64,000 nucleotides of DNA from an uncultured virus (IMG/VR IMGVR_UViG_3300033463_000060) (Duplodnaviria; Heunggongvirae; Uroviricota; Caudoviricetes). Shown piece by piece: positions 30,043 to 40,289 of the stretch. Numbering within the stretch: the stretch's first letter is position 1; the number at the start of each line of letters is the position of its first letter. The stretch lies in the IMG/VR virus record IMGVR_UViG_3300033463_000060, one strand, 5' to 3'. The position numbers were made by a program, and so were the translations under genes. Under the pieces are notes generated by a model. It saw only the letters and a program-made list of their open reading frames with translations. It was not told the origin of the DNA and searched no databases.

Positions 30043-33000
30043 ATGAAGACTTTACAGAACAACAACCGCGAAAACATGAACGCCGCCAACACTGGCGCAA
30101 GTTATAATAAAATAGACGACTTCGGCGCAAAGATCGGAGGCGCAAGAAAAGACCTTTACGCAGCCGCCCGCGAGTGGGCCGAGAAACTGGCCGACATCAC
30201 CGCCGAGGCACTGACGAAAGCGGGGGGCGTTTCTAAGTTGGTACGCCTGCCCAATCTGGAGAGCATGACCGCCGCCGGAGCCATCACCGCCGACCAAGCC
30301 CGCGCCGCCCTGATTATCTGGCGAGGCATTGAGCGCAAGCCGCAAGGCAGTTACAGGGCCGACCGCTGGGCAGAGCGCACCCGCGCCCGCCTGGAGGCTG
30401 CCGCCGCCATCATCACGGGCACAGAGCCCACAGCCGACAACGTGTCCGACATCATCAAGGACGCCCGCGAGAGTGCCGAATTTGCAGTAATAACCGCCGC
30501 CCAGTGGCCCGCCGAGCCTTTCACGTTTGGCAATTATACCGTGAAATATCCTACTTATTGCGATACCAAGAAATTACGCATTATCGGCGGCCACTATTAC
30601 CGAGGCGAGGCAAGCACCGACCCCGCCGACATTGCCCGCCAACTGCGCGAGATGACCGCCGCCGACGCTGAGAAGGCCGCCGAGAGCCGCGCCCGTGGTC
30701 CCCGTCTGGGCATCTATCATACAAGCGACTACACGCGATATTTTATAGCCGTCGAAAATAAGTGCGAAATTGTTTTGAAGGTGTGCGACACCTACCAGGA
30801 GGCCGCAGAAGCCGCCCGCAACGAGCGCGCCGAGCTGCTGGCAAAGTATGATAATTTGAAGAGCTTCCCCGCCCTGCGCCGTTCATGGAACCGCCCGCGC
30901 GTGGGTAAGGAGTGGCACGCCGAGGACGTGACGCCGGAACAGTTCGCCGCCGTGCTCCCGTTCCGTGGTGTGGAATTTGGCAACTGGCTAAATCAGGACG
31001 AGCGCGCCGCGCTGCTTAATTCAGCCTTCGACGGCTTCCACGATCTGGCCGACCTGCTGGGCATCCCCGCCGCCGCCGTGTCGCTGGGTGGTATGCTTAA
31101 TTTTTCCTTTGCAACACGCGGACACGCTGGCAGCGCCGCGCACTTTGATTCGTGTTATAATACCATTAATCTAAACAAGCGCAACGGGGCCGGCTGCATG
31201 GCTCACGAATGGTTGCACGCTTGCGACCACTTCGCCGCCGTGCTGGCAGGCCGTGGCAGTTGCACGAGTTGGGGCGAGGCTTTCGCCACTGAGTGCAACA
31301 AGGAGAGCAACCACCCCGCCGACATCGCCGCCCGCGACTTAATCCGCGTTATAAAAAGTATGGACTATTACACAAGATCCCGCAATTATCAGGCCATCAG
31401 CGGCAAGAGCCAAGGGGGCGCGGACTATTACACACAGCCCTGCGAACTGGCCGCCCGTGGCTTTGAAGGCGTCGTATTATATTTATTAAACTGTGCGGGG
31501 GGTTGTTCTGATTTCCTCGTAAATCTGCAGAGCTGGCGCGACTTTGAGCGCGACGACGCCGGACACCGCCGCGACTGCTACCCCTACCCAAGCGACGCAG
31601 AGGCCGCCGCGTTGCTTCCTTATTATATGGAATTTTTCCGCGCTTTATTTGGAACGTGCGAGGTAAGCCAGAAGGCCGCCGAGGGTGTGGCCGCCGCTAC
31701 GTTACAGGCTGCCCAGGAAAAGGCAGAGGCCGACCGCCGCGCCGCTGAGAAGGCCGAACAGGAGCGCAAAGAGGCCGAGGAGCGCCGCGCCGACCGCCGT
31801 GCTGAACTGGACCGCAAGGCCGAGGAACAGCGCAAGGAGAACGAGCGCAAGGCCGCCGAGGTGAAGGCAAAGGCCGAGGCAACACGCGCCGCCATCGTGG
31901 AGCGACTGACCGCCGCCCACTTCGACACCATCGCCACCGACTGCGACGCCGCCGCCGTCTATTTCGCCGCACATCTGGAGGGCGAGATCTACACGGGAAA
32001 AGCTGACATTAAGAGCGACCCCGCCGAGATAGCCGCCACCGTACAGGCCGCGCCCGTGGCTTGTTTGCAATACAAGTACATCCACAACGCCAAGCGCGTA
32101 ATCTGTCACCGCTGGCAGGTTGCAAGCATCAGGAGCAACAAGCGCACCGCCCGCGAACTGCTGGAAAGCCTGCATCCGTCAGAGGTCCGCGCCATCTGCT
32201 GCGCCTTTGTCGATTTCGAGAGCGCCGACAACTGGCAGAAGGCCGCGAAAATCTACGCCGACACCATCAGAGCCCGCGAGGAGCTGAACAAGCGCACAGA
32301 GAAGCCCGCCAACGAGCCAACGGCCAACGAGCCGACCGAGAGCAAGGGCGAGAGCGTAACGACCGCCCAGGGCCTCACAATGGAGAAGTACAGCGAGAAG
32401 GCCACAGTAATACGCGGATATAATGCCGACCAACTGGCCGAGCTGCTGGCAATGGGTGGCAAGGAGTGGCACCGCCTGAAGGGTGGAAAGGGTGTAATAT
32501 TTAGCACCCGCCGACACGCTGACGAGCTGGCCGCGTGGATGGAGCAACAGCAGGGCGAGGGCACCACAGCCCCCGCCGCTGATCAGCCCGCCGACATCGC
32601 GCCCGCCACTACGTTACAGGAGGCCGGAGAAATTGAGGAACCAGCCGAGACGCTGCCAGAGTGGGCAACAGAGGGCGCCCGCGTTACCATCTTACGCAAC
32701 GGGGAACAACTGCGCGGATATATTACCGAGATACACAAGGCATTCAGGGGCGCGCGCTATCTTTGCACGTTCCACGAGCTGGGCACGCTGTTTAATATCC
32801 CCGTGAGCGTGAGCGACTGCGCCCCCGTCGAGGAACCCGCCGCCGTGCTGCCTGAATGGTTGAAAGTTGGCGCAAGAGTCCGCACCCGTGGCCGCTACAT
32901 GCTGAGCGCCCGCACCATGCGCCGCGAGTGGGTGGAAGGTGAGGAAATGACCGTTAAAGCAATTAACGCCGATTTTGTGAGCCTGGAGAACCGCCGCGAC

Positions 33001-34416
33001 GATGGAATTATAACAAGTTCGCAGAGCATCGCCACCGACAAGGCCGCCGACGAGCTTACGCCCATTTATAGCGCGTCGGAAATATCACAGCCCGCCGAGA
33101 GTGAGCCCGCCGCCATCGCTGCCAGCATTGACACCAACGAGGCCGGCACCATCAGCACGCCGACCCGCGCCAAGGCTTACACATACCAGGACCAACCCGC
33201 CGCCGACACGCTGCCGGAGGATCTGCCCGCCGAGCTACTGAAGTTCTACGAGGTGAACCGCGACGCAAGCGACGAGAACCCCGCCCCCGTGTGCCTGTTC
33301 TATGAGCCTGGAGTGAAGAAATACCAAGCCTTTGGCAGTGACGCGCATTTGCTGGCGCTGGAGTTCGGCGCCGCCGTCATCACCTTCACACAAGAAACCG
33401 AATACAAGCACGGCAAGAAGTTCCCGCACCCTATCGACTTCGCCGATTTCCCCGCCGCCGAGCTGTCCGACCGCCTGCAATGGCTGAACCGCGAGGGCTA
33501 CGCCGTGGCCGTGTTCGCCGCTGCCGACTGTCTGCCGACACTCGACCCCGCCGCCCCTGACTGGCAGGAGCGCGACAGGGCACGCCGCGACCGCTGTTAT
33601 AGCGAGACCCTGGAATTAGGCGACGGCATTACGCGAGTTATGGAGAGCAAAAGAAATATTTACGACGGCCACTATGAAATTAGTTTCAGATACTACAAAG
33701 GTGGCGACCTGCTGTCCATGTTCCACGCCACAGGCTACCCCGAGAAATGGGACTATATAGGCACAATCCGCCCGCCTCACGCTGGCCGCTTCTCTAACGG
33801 TCAAATGGTGGAGCACTTCCGCACCTTCTGGCAGGCAGAGCGGTATATGTTGGCAGAGATCGCCAAGGGCTTGCAGCCCTACCACAAGCCCACCGACCCC
33901 ACGCCCGACCCATCGGGCGAGGGTGTGGGCGTGTGCCACAGCTACGAGACGGGCGCCCCATGTTATAGCACGTCGGCCAAATCAGAGCCGACCGCCAAGG
34001 CAGAGCCGACCAGAAACCAGGAGATCGCAAAAATCATTCTTCAGCAATTAGGCGGACGACAATTCGCCATGATGACGGGCGCCAAGCAATTTGTAGCCAT
34101 CGACAACGGTGTGCGCTTCCGCATCGGACGAAACGCAACCCGCGCCAATCTGGTTAAAATCATGCTGCGTGGTGATGACACCTATAATATGGAATTTTGG
34201 CACATCGGCCAGGAGGTGAACCCCTACACTATTTTAATGCGCTACGCAAACAAGGGACTGAGCCCCGACGAGTTCAACAAGCAAGTGAAGGCCGCCACCG
34301 AGCGCGCCCAGAAAGCCGCAGATCCGGTGAAACTGAAAGCCTACGAGGGTATTTATTGCGACCAGCTGCAGGAGCTTTTCACACAGTACACGGAACTATA
34401 TACGCGCCTATTCTGA
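30043..34416 (+). CDS. Large polyvalent protein (LPD1-associated zincin-like peptidase, MutS-I-like and other domains)
   Basis: KIDDFGAKIGGARKD; FRGVEFGNW..AAHF..GAGCMAHEWLHACDH (HExxH); YQAFGSDAHLLA..DFP..L..L...GYAVAV MutS-I-like; YSEKA..GGK..GVIFS domain. Confidence 0.75.
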   Translation: MKTLQNNNRENMNAANTGASYNKIDDFGAKIGGARKDLYAAAREWAEKLADITAEALTKAGGVSKLVRLPNLESMTAAGAITADQARAALIIWRGIERKPQGSYRADRWAERTRARLEAAAAIITGTEPTADNVSDIIKDARESAEFAVITAAQWPAEPFTFGNYTVKYPTYCDTKKLRIIGGHYYRGEASTDPADIARQLREMTAADAEKAAESRARGPRLGIYHTSDYTRYFIAVENKCEIVLKVCDTYQEAAEAARNERAELLAKYDNLKSFPALRRSWNRPRVGKEWHAEDVTPEQFAAVLPFRGVEFGNWLNQDERAALLNSAFDGFHDLADLLGIPAAAVSLGGMLNFSFATRGHAGSAAHFDSCYNTINLNKRNGAGCMAHEWLHACDHFAAVLAGRGSCTSWGEAFATECNKESNHPADIAARDLIRVIKSMDYYTRSRNYQAISGKSQGGADYYTQPCELAARGFEGVVLYLLNCAGGCSDFLVNLQSWRDFERDDAGHRRDCYPYPSDAEAAALLPYYMEFFRALFGTCEVSQKAAEGVAAATLQAAQEKAEADRRAAEKAEQERKEAEERRADRRAELDRKAEEQRKENERKAAEVKAKAEATRAAIVERLTAAHFDTIATDCDAAAVYFAAHLEGEIYTGKADIKSDPAEIAATVQAAPVACLQYKYIHNAKRVICHRWQVASIRSNKRTARELLESLHPSEVRAICCAFVDFESADNWQKAAKIYADTIRAREELNKRTEKPANEPTANEPTESKGESVTTAQGLTMEKYSEKATVIRGYNADQLAELLAMGGKEWHRLKGGKGVIFSTRRHADELAAWMEQQQGEGTTAPAADQPADIAPATTLQEAGEIEEPAETLPEWATEGARVTILRNGEQLRGYITEIHKAFRGARYLCTFHELGTLFNIPVSVSDCAPVEEPAAVLPEWLKVGARVRTRGRYMLSARTMRREWVEGEEMTVKAINADFVSLENRRDDGIITSSQSIATDKAADELTPIYSASEISQPAESEPAAIAASIDTNEAGTISTPTRAKAYTYQDQPAADTLPEDLPAELLKFYEVNRDASDENPAPVCLFYEPGVKKYQAFGSDAHLLALEFGAAVITFTQETEYKHGKKFPHPIDFADFPAAELSDRLQWLNREGYAVAVFAAADCLPTLDPAAPDWQERDRARRDRCYSETLELGDGITRVMESKRNIYDGHYEISFRYYKGGDLLSMFHATGYPEKWDYIGTIRPPHAGRFSNGQMVEHFRTFWQAERYMLAEIAKGLQPYHKPTDPTPDPSGEGVGVCHSYETGAPCYSTSAKSEPTAKAEPTRNQEIAKIILQQLGGRQFAMMTGAKQFVAIDNGVRFRIGRNATRANLVKIMLRGDDTYNMEFWHIGQEVNPYTILMRYANKGLSPDEFNKQVKAATERAQKAADPVKLKAYEGIYCDQLQELFTQYTELYTRLF

Positions 34417-34468
34417 ACCACCCGCACTACCTTTATATATATTATAGAACCCTTTAAAATTAAAGATT

Positions 34469-34699
34469 ATGGTAATACGAATTATAAACAAGTGGGCCGA
34501 CGGCTCACAGCACGAGAGCAATATAACAACCGACGCAAGCCGCGCCCGCTACCTCATGGCAGCACGGAGAGCCGCCGACGGCTCACACTGGCCACTAAAG
34601 GACATTAAAAACGGCTACCAATACGAGACGCCGCGCCAATACTGCGGGAAGGCCGGAAAATGTGTTACTACTGTTACCCTGAAAAGGGGATGGGCATAA
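34469..34699 (+). CDS. Hypothetical early protein
   Basis: AACCC leader. Confidence 0.6.
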   Translation: MVIRIINKWADGSQHESNITTDASRARYLMAARRAADGSHWPLKDIKNGYQYETPRQYCGKAGKCVTTVTLKRGWA

Positions 34700-34770
34700 C
34701 CTCATACATCATACATTATACATTATACATTATACATCTAATTATTCACCCCTATTAAAGATTAACGATT

Positions 34771-35013
34771 ATGAAGAACCAGAACAACAACGGCACGACC
34801 GCCGCAAAGGTCAGCAGCAACGAGAGCAAGAAGAACCGCAAGAGCTACGCGGAGTTAAAGGAGGCAGCACGCCAACAGGCTATAGAGTGGCAGGACTGGT
34901 TAAGTGATCACAGCGTAAGTTATGGCGGTTTGGCCATCGCCTCGGAACACTTCGAGAACCTGGGCCGCCGCTACGGACTTATTCAGGAGTTCCGCGAGAA
35001 TGCTATTATCTGA
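34771..35013 (+). CDS. Hypothetical early protein
   Basis: ACCC leader. Confidence 0.7.
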   Translation: MKNQNNNGTTAAKVSSNESKKNRKSYAELKEAARQQAIEWQDWLSDHSVSYGGLAIASEHFENLGRRYGLIQEFRENAII

Positions 35014-35106
35014 ACATCCCCCATATTATAGCGCATCGGAAATATTAAGCGAATTTCACGAATAAATAAACAATAGACCCCAAGACCCGGACAGGGCAAA
35101 AATAAT

Positions 35107-35604
35107 ATGTATCAGATACTTTTCACCACCAACGACAACAGCGGCAAGACGTTCGCCGCCAACGTACCCGCAAGAGAGGCCGAGTTTATAACCGAAGACC
35201 TTTGCTTTATAGGAGGCTTCAGACGCTTCGGCACTGACATCTACGACGAGCAGATCAGCGCAAAGAGTTACGAGGGCTACGGACAGTTTAAGAGCAAAAA
35301 GGAGCTTTTAACGTGGCTTTTCCTGAATGTGTTTGCACCCTGCAAGGACTTCGCAACGCTGGAGGACTTCACGCGATACTACAACGAGACACTGGCCGAC
35401 TACTGCGAGGCCGCCCGCATCGAAAACGCATGTATAGATATTCTTTATAATGACTATACGGCCGGATGGGAGAACGAAACAGTATATAACAAGCTGCGCA
35501 CGTATATTGACGACTGCATCAGCAACGACAACCAGCAGCACCCCGACAAGGCGTATTTGCGCCGAGCTATCCGCCGCGCCTTTGTCGAGCTGGCACTGGC
35601 ATAA
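35107..35604 (+). CDS. Hypothetical early protein
   Basis: ORF with A-rich leader. Confidence 0.7.
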   Translation: MYQILFTTNDNSGKTFAANVPAREAEFITEDLCFIGGFRRFGTDIYDEQISAKSYEGYGQFKSKKELLTWLFLNVFAPCKDFATLEDFTRYYNETLADYCEAARIENACIDILYNDYTAGWENETVYNKLRTYIDDCISNDNQQHPDKAYLRRAIRRAFVELALA

Positions 35605-35711
35605 TGTTATAGAACATCGGAAATATTAAGCGATAATTTTAAATAATAATTTTAAATATAATTTTGAGGGCGACAGCCCGACCAGATATAAAACAATAGG
35701 AGGCACGAATT

Positions 35712-36659
35712 ATGAAACGATATACAATTAACTGCCATTATGATATGGTAATCAGCGTTGACGTTATAGCCGACAACGAGCAACAGGCAATAGAGCAGGC
35801 AAAGTTTAAGGCCGAGAACATCTCCCTGAATGAAGCCGAGTGTTACGACCAGAGCCAGTGCGTGACGGACACGGAGGAACTGACCGCCGAGGAACTGCGC
35901 CGACTGGAGCGTGAGGCCGTGACGGAGTTTGTGCGCCGCTATGTGGGCGACATTATAGCGGACATCAGCTATTACAGCCAGGTGAAGGACCAGCGCCGCG
36001 AGTTCAAGCGCAAACTTTCGCGCATTGCCTACGGTGTGCGCCCTATTCATTGGTATTGTGCCATTAGTCGCATTCCTGCGGGGCACGTGCTGACGGGGTG
36101 GCTCACTGACTTATACAAGCGTCTGGCAGACGGCACCCACGAGCGCACGGAGCTTTACAACCGCTACGCCCGACTGGTGGCCCGCCACGAGTTCGACACG
36201 CATTATAAGAACTTTGCGAAATCACTCTACGCCGCCGACTGCGAGGGTACGGACAAGCTCCAGAAGAAACAGGCCGTTATAGATGGTGTACGCTGTCTGT
36301 GCGATAAGATGGAGGAGTACGTGACGCATCAGGACGACCCGGACTATAAGGGATGGGAGCCGCAAATGGTGATCCGCTACGAGAGCACGACGGGCGACGA
36401 GGAAAACTACTGGAACTTGTTTGTATATTGCGAGGGACCCAACGACCGCGACGACGACGACTACCTGAGCCTGCGCACATCGTGGCAACACGTATGGACG
36501 GACGAGAACGGCAAAGACGCTACGGACGACTACGGGAGCGAGGAACACGAGACACGCGCCGCCCTGCTGCGTTACCTGTTCTACGATGACGCCCAGGAGT
36601 TCGACGAGACCGACGAGAAGGTGAGCTGGGAGAGCATAACGGACGTGTGGGTGGACTGA
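35712..36659 (+). CDS. Hypothetical acidic early protein
   Basis: 315-aa ORF with acidic C-terminus. Confidence 0.75.
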   Translation: MKRYTINCHYDMVISVDVIADNEQQAIEQAKFKAENISLNEAECYDQSQCVTDTEELTAEELRRLEREAVTEFVRRYVGDIIADISYYSQVKDQRREFKRKLSRIAYGVRPIHWYCAISRIPAGHVLTGWLTDLYKRLADGTHERTELYNRYARLVARHEFDTHYKNFAKSLYAADCEGTDKLQKKQAVIDGVRCLCDKMEEYVTHQDDPDYKGWEPQMVIRYESTTGDEENYWNLFVYCEGPNDRDDDDYLSLRTSWQHVWTDENGKDATDDYGSEEHETRAALLRYLFYDDAQEFDETDEKVSWESITDVWVD

Positions 36660-36799
36660 AAGAGAGGTAAGATGTAAGAGGTAAGAGGTAAGAGTGAAAC
36701 ATTATACATCATACATCAGACATCAGACATCATTATACGTTATAGACCATCGGAAATATTAAGCGAACACGAATTACACGAATTTCACGAATTAAGATT

Positions 36800-36940
36800 A
36801 TGCAAGTAAATAGATATAAGATTGCATTTTCCAAGATGTACGGAAAATGGCAGGTGAAACGCCGCGACCTGAACCGCTGGACGGTCTTAGAAGAGTTTGC
36901 CGACGAAAGCGACGCTATCAAGTGGGCAAAGGAGAACTAA
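36800..36940 (+). CDS. Small hypothetical protein (not in ORF track)
   Basis: MQVNRYKIAFSKMYGKWQVK... Confidence 0.6.
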   Translation: MQVNRYKIAFSKMYGKWQVKRRDLNRWTVLEEFADESDAIKWAKEN

Positions 36941-36997
36941 TCTCTATACGTTATACATCATACATCAAATTATAGAACCCTTAAAAGATTTAGAGTT

Positions 36998-37423
36998 ATG
37001 AAGACAAAGATTTACATCGTGGCATCTACGAACATCGAGAGCACGAAAGCATTTACAAACCCATTGTTTGCCCAGGACTACCGCGACGAGCTGACCGCAA
37101 AGGGCGAGGCCGTGACCATGAAGGAGCAAGAAATAGAAGTGCCCTACGCTACCGACCGCAAAAAGTATGGCATGACGCTGAAGGAGGTACGCGACGAGAT
37201 AGCCGCCTTCACGGGCGACAAGAAGGGCGAGGCCATGAGGAAAGCTAAGATCTTCACCCACCACATCAGTATTAGCCACGTCTGCCGCATCCGTCTGAGC
37301 TTCGGACAGTACAGCCGCACGAAAAACGGCGAAGTGGTGTATTACGGCGAGAACCGCGACACCCTGCATATCGAGTACACCGACCGCGAGGGCGACAGCC
37401 ATCATTTCAGCATACTGGACTAA
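36998..37423 (+). CDS. Hypothetical early protein
   Basis: AACCC leader. Confidence 0.7.
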   Translation: MKTKIYIVASTNIESTKAFTNPLFAQDYRDELTAKGEAVTMKEQEIEVPYATDRKKYGMTLKEVRDEIAAFTGDKKGEAMRKAKIFTHHISISHVCRIRLSFGQYSRTKNGEVVYYGENRDTLHIEYTDREGDSHHFSILD

Positions 37424-37922
37424 CCGACACCTTTATATATATTATAAGCCGTGTGAAACTTCACTGGTATCTGGGCGGGGTCTTGCGTCCCTTCTGTAGC
37501 AAGCGACCAGAGGTCGAGCGCGAGTCCCGCCACGGCTACAAGGTTTTAAACTTCATAACACATTTTTTCTTTCATATATTTTATATCTTAAAGGGTAGGG
37601 CTCACGGTTCGTGAGAATAGAGAGCCCTTTTTATAAGATGACAAAATATTCACGGCTTTTCGCCGTTATAGATATACGGATTAAGTTAACTACGTTGACT
37701 TTTCTTGCGCTCGGCAGAGCTCAAACGAGTTTGGCTCTGCCCTCGCTTAATCGAAAAGTTTTCATTAACTTTAATCTTTTAGGGTTGAGCCGCTGGCCTG
37801 TGAAGGTCGGTGGCTCTTTTTCTATTCGCTATAGTGTCCGTGCGAAATTAGGCTTTGCCGTAATTTTGCACCAGATAACTAAATCGTCAAATTGTAAAAT
37901 CGTAAATTCGTCAAATCTAATC

Positions 37923-38246
37923 GTGTCAAGAACAAAACCTACAATGTCGTGGTTCGACCTGCGCAACGTCTGCGAGGTATTCGAGTGGAAAGACCCGAAG
38001 ACGGGCGTCACAGTGCGTGGCCACAATCCCCCTGGCGGCAAGGACGGCAAGGGGGTGCAGCGCGTGCCGTTCCACATCAAGTACATCACCAGCAAAGGCG
38101 TGGTGGAGCAGGGCATCGTGGTGTGCCTGAAGGTGTACCCCGAACTGCGCCAGCGCATGATACAATACGTGGAGAGCCGGCAGATACGCCGCGTCCGCGA
38201 CTACCTGGTGATGGAGGTCAACGGTACGAGGGTGGTTACGCACTGA
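37923..38246 (+). CDS. Hypothetical late protein
   Basis: Start reassigned downstream of the late promoter at 37835-37868. Confidence 0.65.
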   Translation: MSRTKPTMSWFDLRNVCEVFEWKDPKTGVTVRGHNPPGGKDGKGVQRVPFHIKYITSKGVVEQGIVVCLKVYPELRQRMIQYVESRQIRRVRDYLVMEVNGTRVVTH

Positions 38247-38308
38247 GTTAATTTACGATTTGACGATTTCACAATTTACTATTTTCAATTTTTCAATTTT
38301 AAAATTAT

Positions 38309-38989
38309 ATGACTGTACTAAGAAAAGGAAGTAAGGGCGAGGAGGTGAAGCAGCTGCAAGGCATGCTGCACGTGGCCCAGGATGGCGTGTTCGGCGCACT
38401 GACGGAAGAGGTGCTGAAAGCGTGGCAGAACGAAAACGGGTTGTTTCCCGATGGCATCTGTGGTCCTAAGACGTGGGCGAAGCTGCTGCCTGAAGGTAAG
38501 CTGACGCTGAAGCGATCGCGACGCAGAATTGACTACATCGCCATCCACTGCACCGCAACGCCGGAGGGTCAGGACTTGACCGTGGAGCAGATACGCAAGC
38601 AGCACAAGGCGCAGGGGTGGGCGGACATCGGCTACCATTATATTATATATAGGGATGGCACAGTGCACGAGGGGCGAGACGTGGATCTGACGGGTGCTCA
38701 CGTATCTGGCTATAACTCGCACTCGATAGGTGTTGCCTACGTGGGTGGTCTGGAGAAGCGGCCTGGTGTGGCCTACAACAGACTGAAGGCTAAGGACACG
38801 CGCACAGAGGCGCAGAAGGCGGCATTGCTCTCACTACTGCAGGACTTGCGACGGCTGTACCCCAAGGCGCGGATTCAGGGACACCGCGACTTCTCGCCGG
38901 ATCTTAACGGCAACGGCACCGTCGAGCCGAGTGAGTGGATTAAGGCGTGTCCCAGCTTTGACGCTAAGGCTGAATATAGGATGGTGTGA
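38309..38989 (+). CDS. Endolysin: peptidoglycan-binding domain + N-acetylmuramoyl-L-alanine amidase (T7 lysozyme-like)
   Basis: LRKGSKGEEVKQLQ..DGICGPKTW; IAIHCTAT, DIGYHY, GAHVSGYN, GHRD, KACPSFD. Confidence 0.9.
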   Translation: MTVLRKGSKGEEVKQLQGMLHVAQDGVFGALTEEVLKAWQNENGLFPDGICGPKTWAKLLPEGKLTLKRSRRRIDYIAIHCTATPEGQDLTVEQIRKQHKAQGWADIGYHYIIYRDGTVHEGRDVDLTGAHVSGYNSHSIGVAYVGGLEKRPGVAYNRLKAKDTRTEAQKAALLSLLQDLRRLYPKARIQGHRDFSPDLNGNGTVEPSEWIKACPSFDAKAEYRMV

Positions 38990-39200
38990 TTATAATTTCT
39001 GTTGTTATTCGGGTGGCGTGGACTGTGAAGTTCGTGCCACTTTTTTGTTTGATGCTTGCATTTACTAATAGATGTTAAGGAAACGGGCGTTTGTTTGCTG
39101 CAATCATAAAACAATGTTAAATGCAAGCATTTTCTTTTGTTTGTTGCTTGCATATATCAAATATATTACCTATCTTTGCAACAGAAAACTTCTAAACTGA

Positions 39201-39683
39201 ATGAATATGAAAAAGAACAGTAATTTTGAGACGCGCGTGCTGGACGCTATCGTATCAGTGGACGGCAACCGCCTGAACCAAGGGCGCATCCTGAGAATGG
39301 CCAAGCGTCTGAAGGCCGTGGAAAGCGTGACCTATACAGAATGGGAGCTGCGCGGACTGAGCAAGCGCGAAAAGGAGTTCATGCGTGAAAACGGCATGAA
39401 GTGTTACGTGGACCTCTGGCAGGAGGGCTACAAGTGGAACTACAAGAAGGGCAACCGCAAGAACCGCTATTACATCTTCATTAAGCGCGATCTTACGACA
39501 GGCAAGCCACGACTCTATGCTATGCACAAGGAGCAGTGGATCCAACCTAACCGCCATACCGTCGGCAACGGCTGGGACTATGAGTTTTGGCTCACCGTGG
39601 ATTTGCACAACGGCTGCGACATCTGCCGCTTCAACTACGAACACCGCTTTGGCCGCTTCTTGTGGCCAGTGGCTATCAGCTAA
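39201..39683 (+). CDS. Hypothetical protein
   Basis: TATCTTTG promoter at 39171. Confidence 0.7.
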   Translation: MNMKKNSNFETRVLDAIVSVDGNRLNQGRILRMAKRLKAVESVTYTEWELRGLSKREKEFMRENGMKCYVDLWQEGYKWNYKKGNRKNRYYIFIKRDLTTGKPRLYAMHKEQWIQPNRHTVGNGWDYEFWLTVDLHNGCDICRFNYEHRFGRFLWPVAIS

Positions 39684-39735
39684 TAGAATATTACACAAAT
39701 TATAAGCAATCACTAAAATTATAGGAGGTAAAGAT

Positions 39736-40062
39736 ATGAATACTATTACAACAAAGGAACAACTCAAAGATGCTATTAAACACGCTTACGGCTATCTCTA
39801 CATTATCAATGGTAATGACATGTTTGACGGCGATTTTGATGAGTGCTGTGATTGGGATGACTATCTTGACGAGGTTGTTGAGGTGACTGAGAAAGAGATT
39901 TTGGAGAACGACGAAACGGGGAATCTACCATACCGCGTACACAGGTTTATGGAATATCTGGATAATGACGAATGGAAACGCACAAGTTTCTATCTCTTAA
40001 AACACAATACAGGCTATAACGAAGAAAACCAAGATGCCGTATTTGCAATAACATCTAAATAA
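39736..40062 (+). CDS. Small acidic protein
   Basis: D/E-rich ORF. Confidence 0.65.
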   Translation: MNTITTKEQLKDAIKHAYGYLYIINGNDMFDGDFDECCDWDDYLDEVVEVTEKEILENDETGNLPYRVHRFMEYLDNDEWKRTSFYLLKHNTGYNEENQDAVFAITSK

Positions 40063-40289
40063 GACTTTTGGACTATGAAGCGAGCAACATTGAAAAACGT
40101 GATCAACGGGCAGACGGTGGAGGTGTTTGCCACGACGGAGAGCAGTGCCAGCAGCTATGGCCGCGCCGTGTGGTGCGATGATGAATGGAACGCCTACTGC
40201 GAGGTGGATAACCCCAGCCCGTTCTACGAGATTAGCAACGTAAGGGAAGAGTAATTATAGGTTATAGGAATAATCAGAGATTAGGCGAT

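Noticed and set aside
37446..37540. tRNA-like element (AGCCGTG..CACGGCT stem, GCGGG..GAGTCCCGC)
   Set aside because: No proper D or anticodon arms, and the T-like arm is interrupted by a dispersed repeat; cannot be supported as a tRNA
37611..37922. N-terminal extension of the 211-aa ORF
   Set aside because: It crosses terminators, a repeat and the late promoter; the true start is downstream
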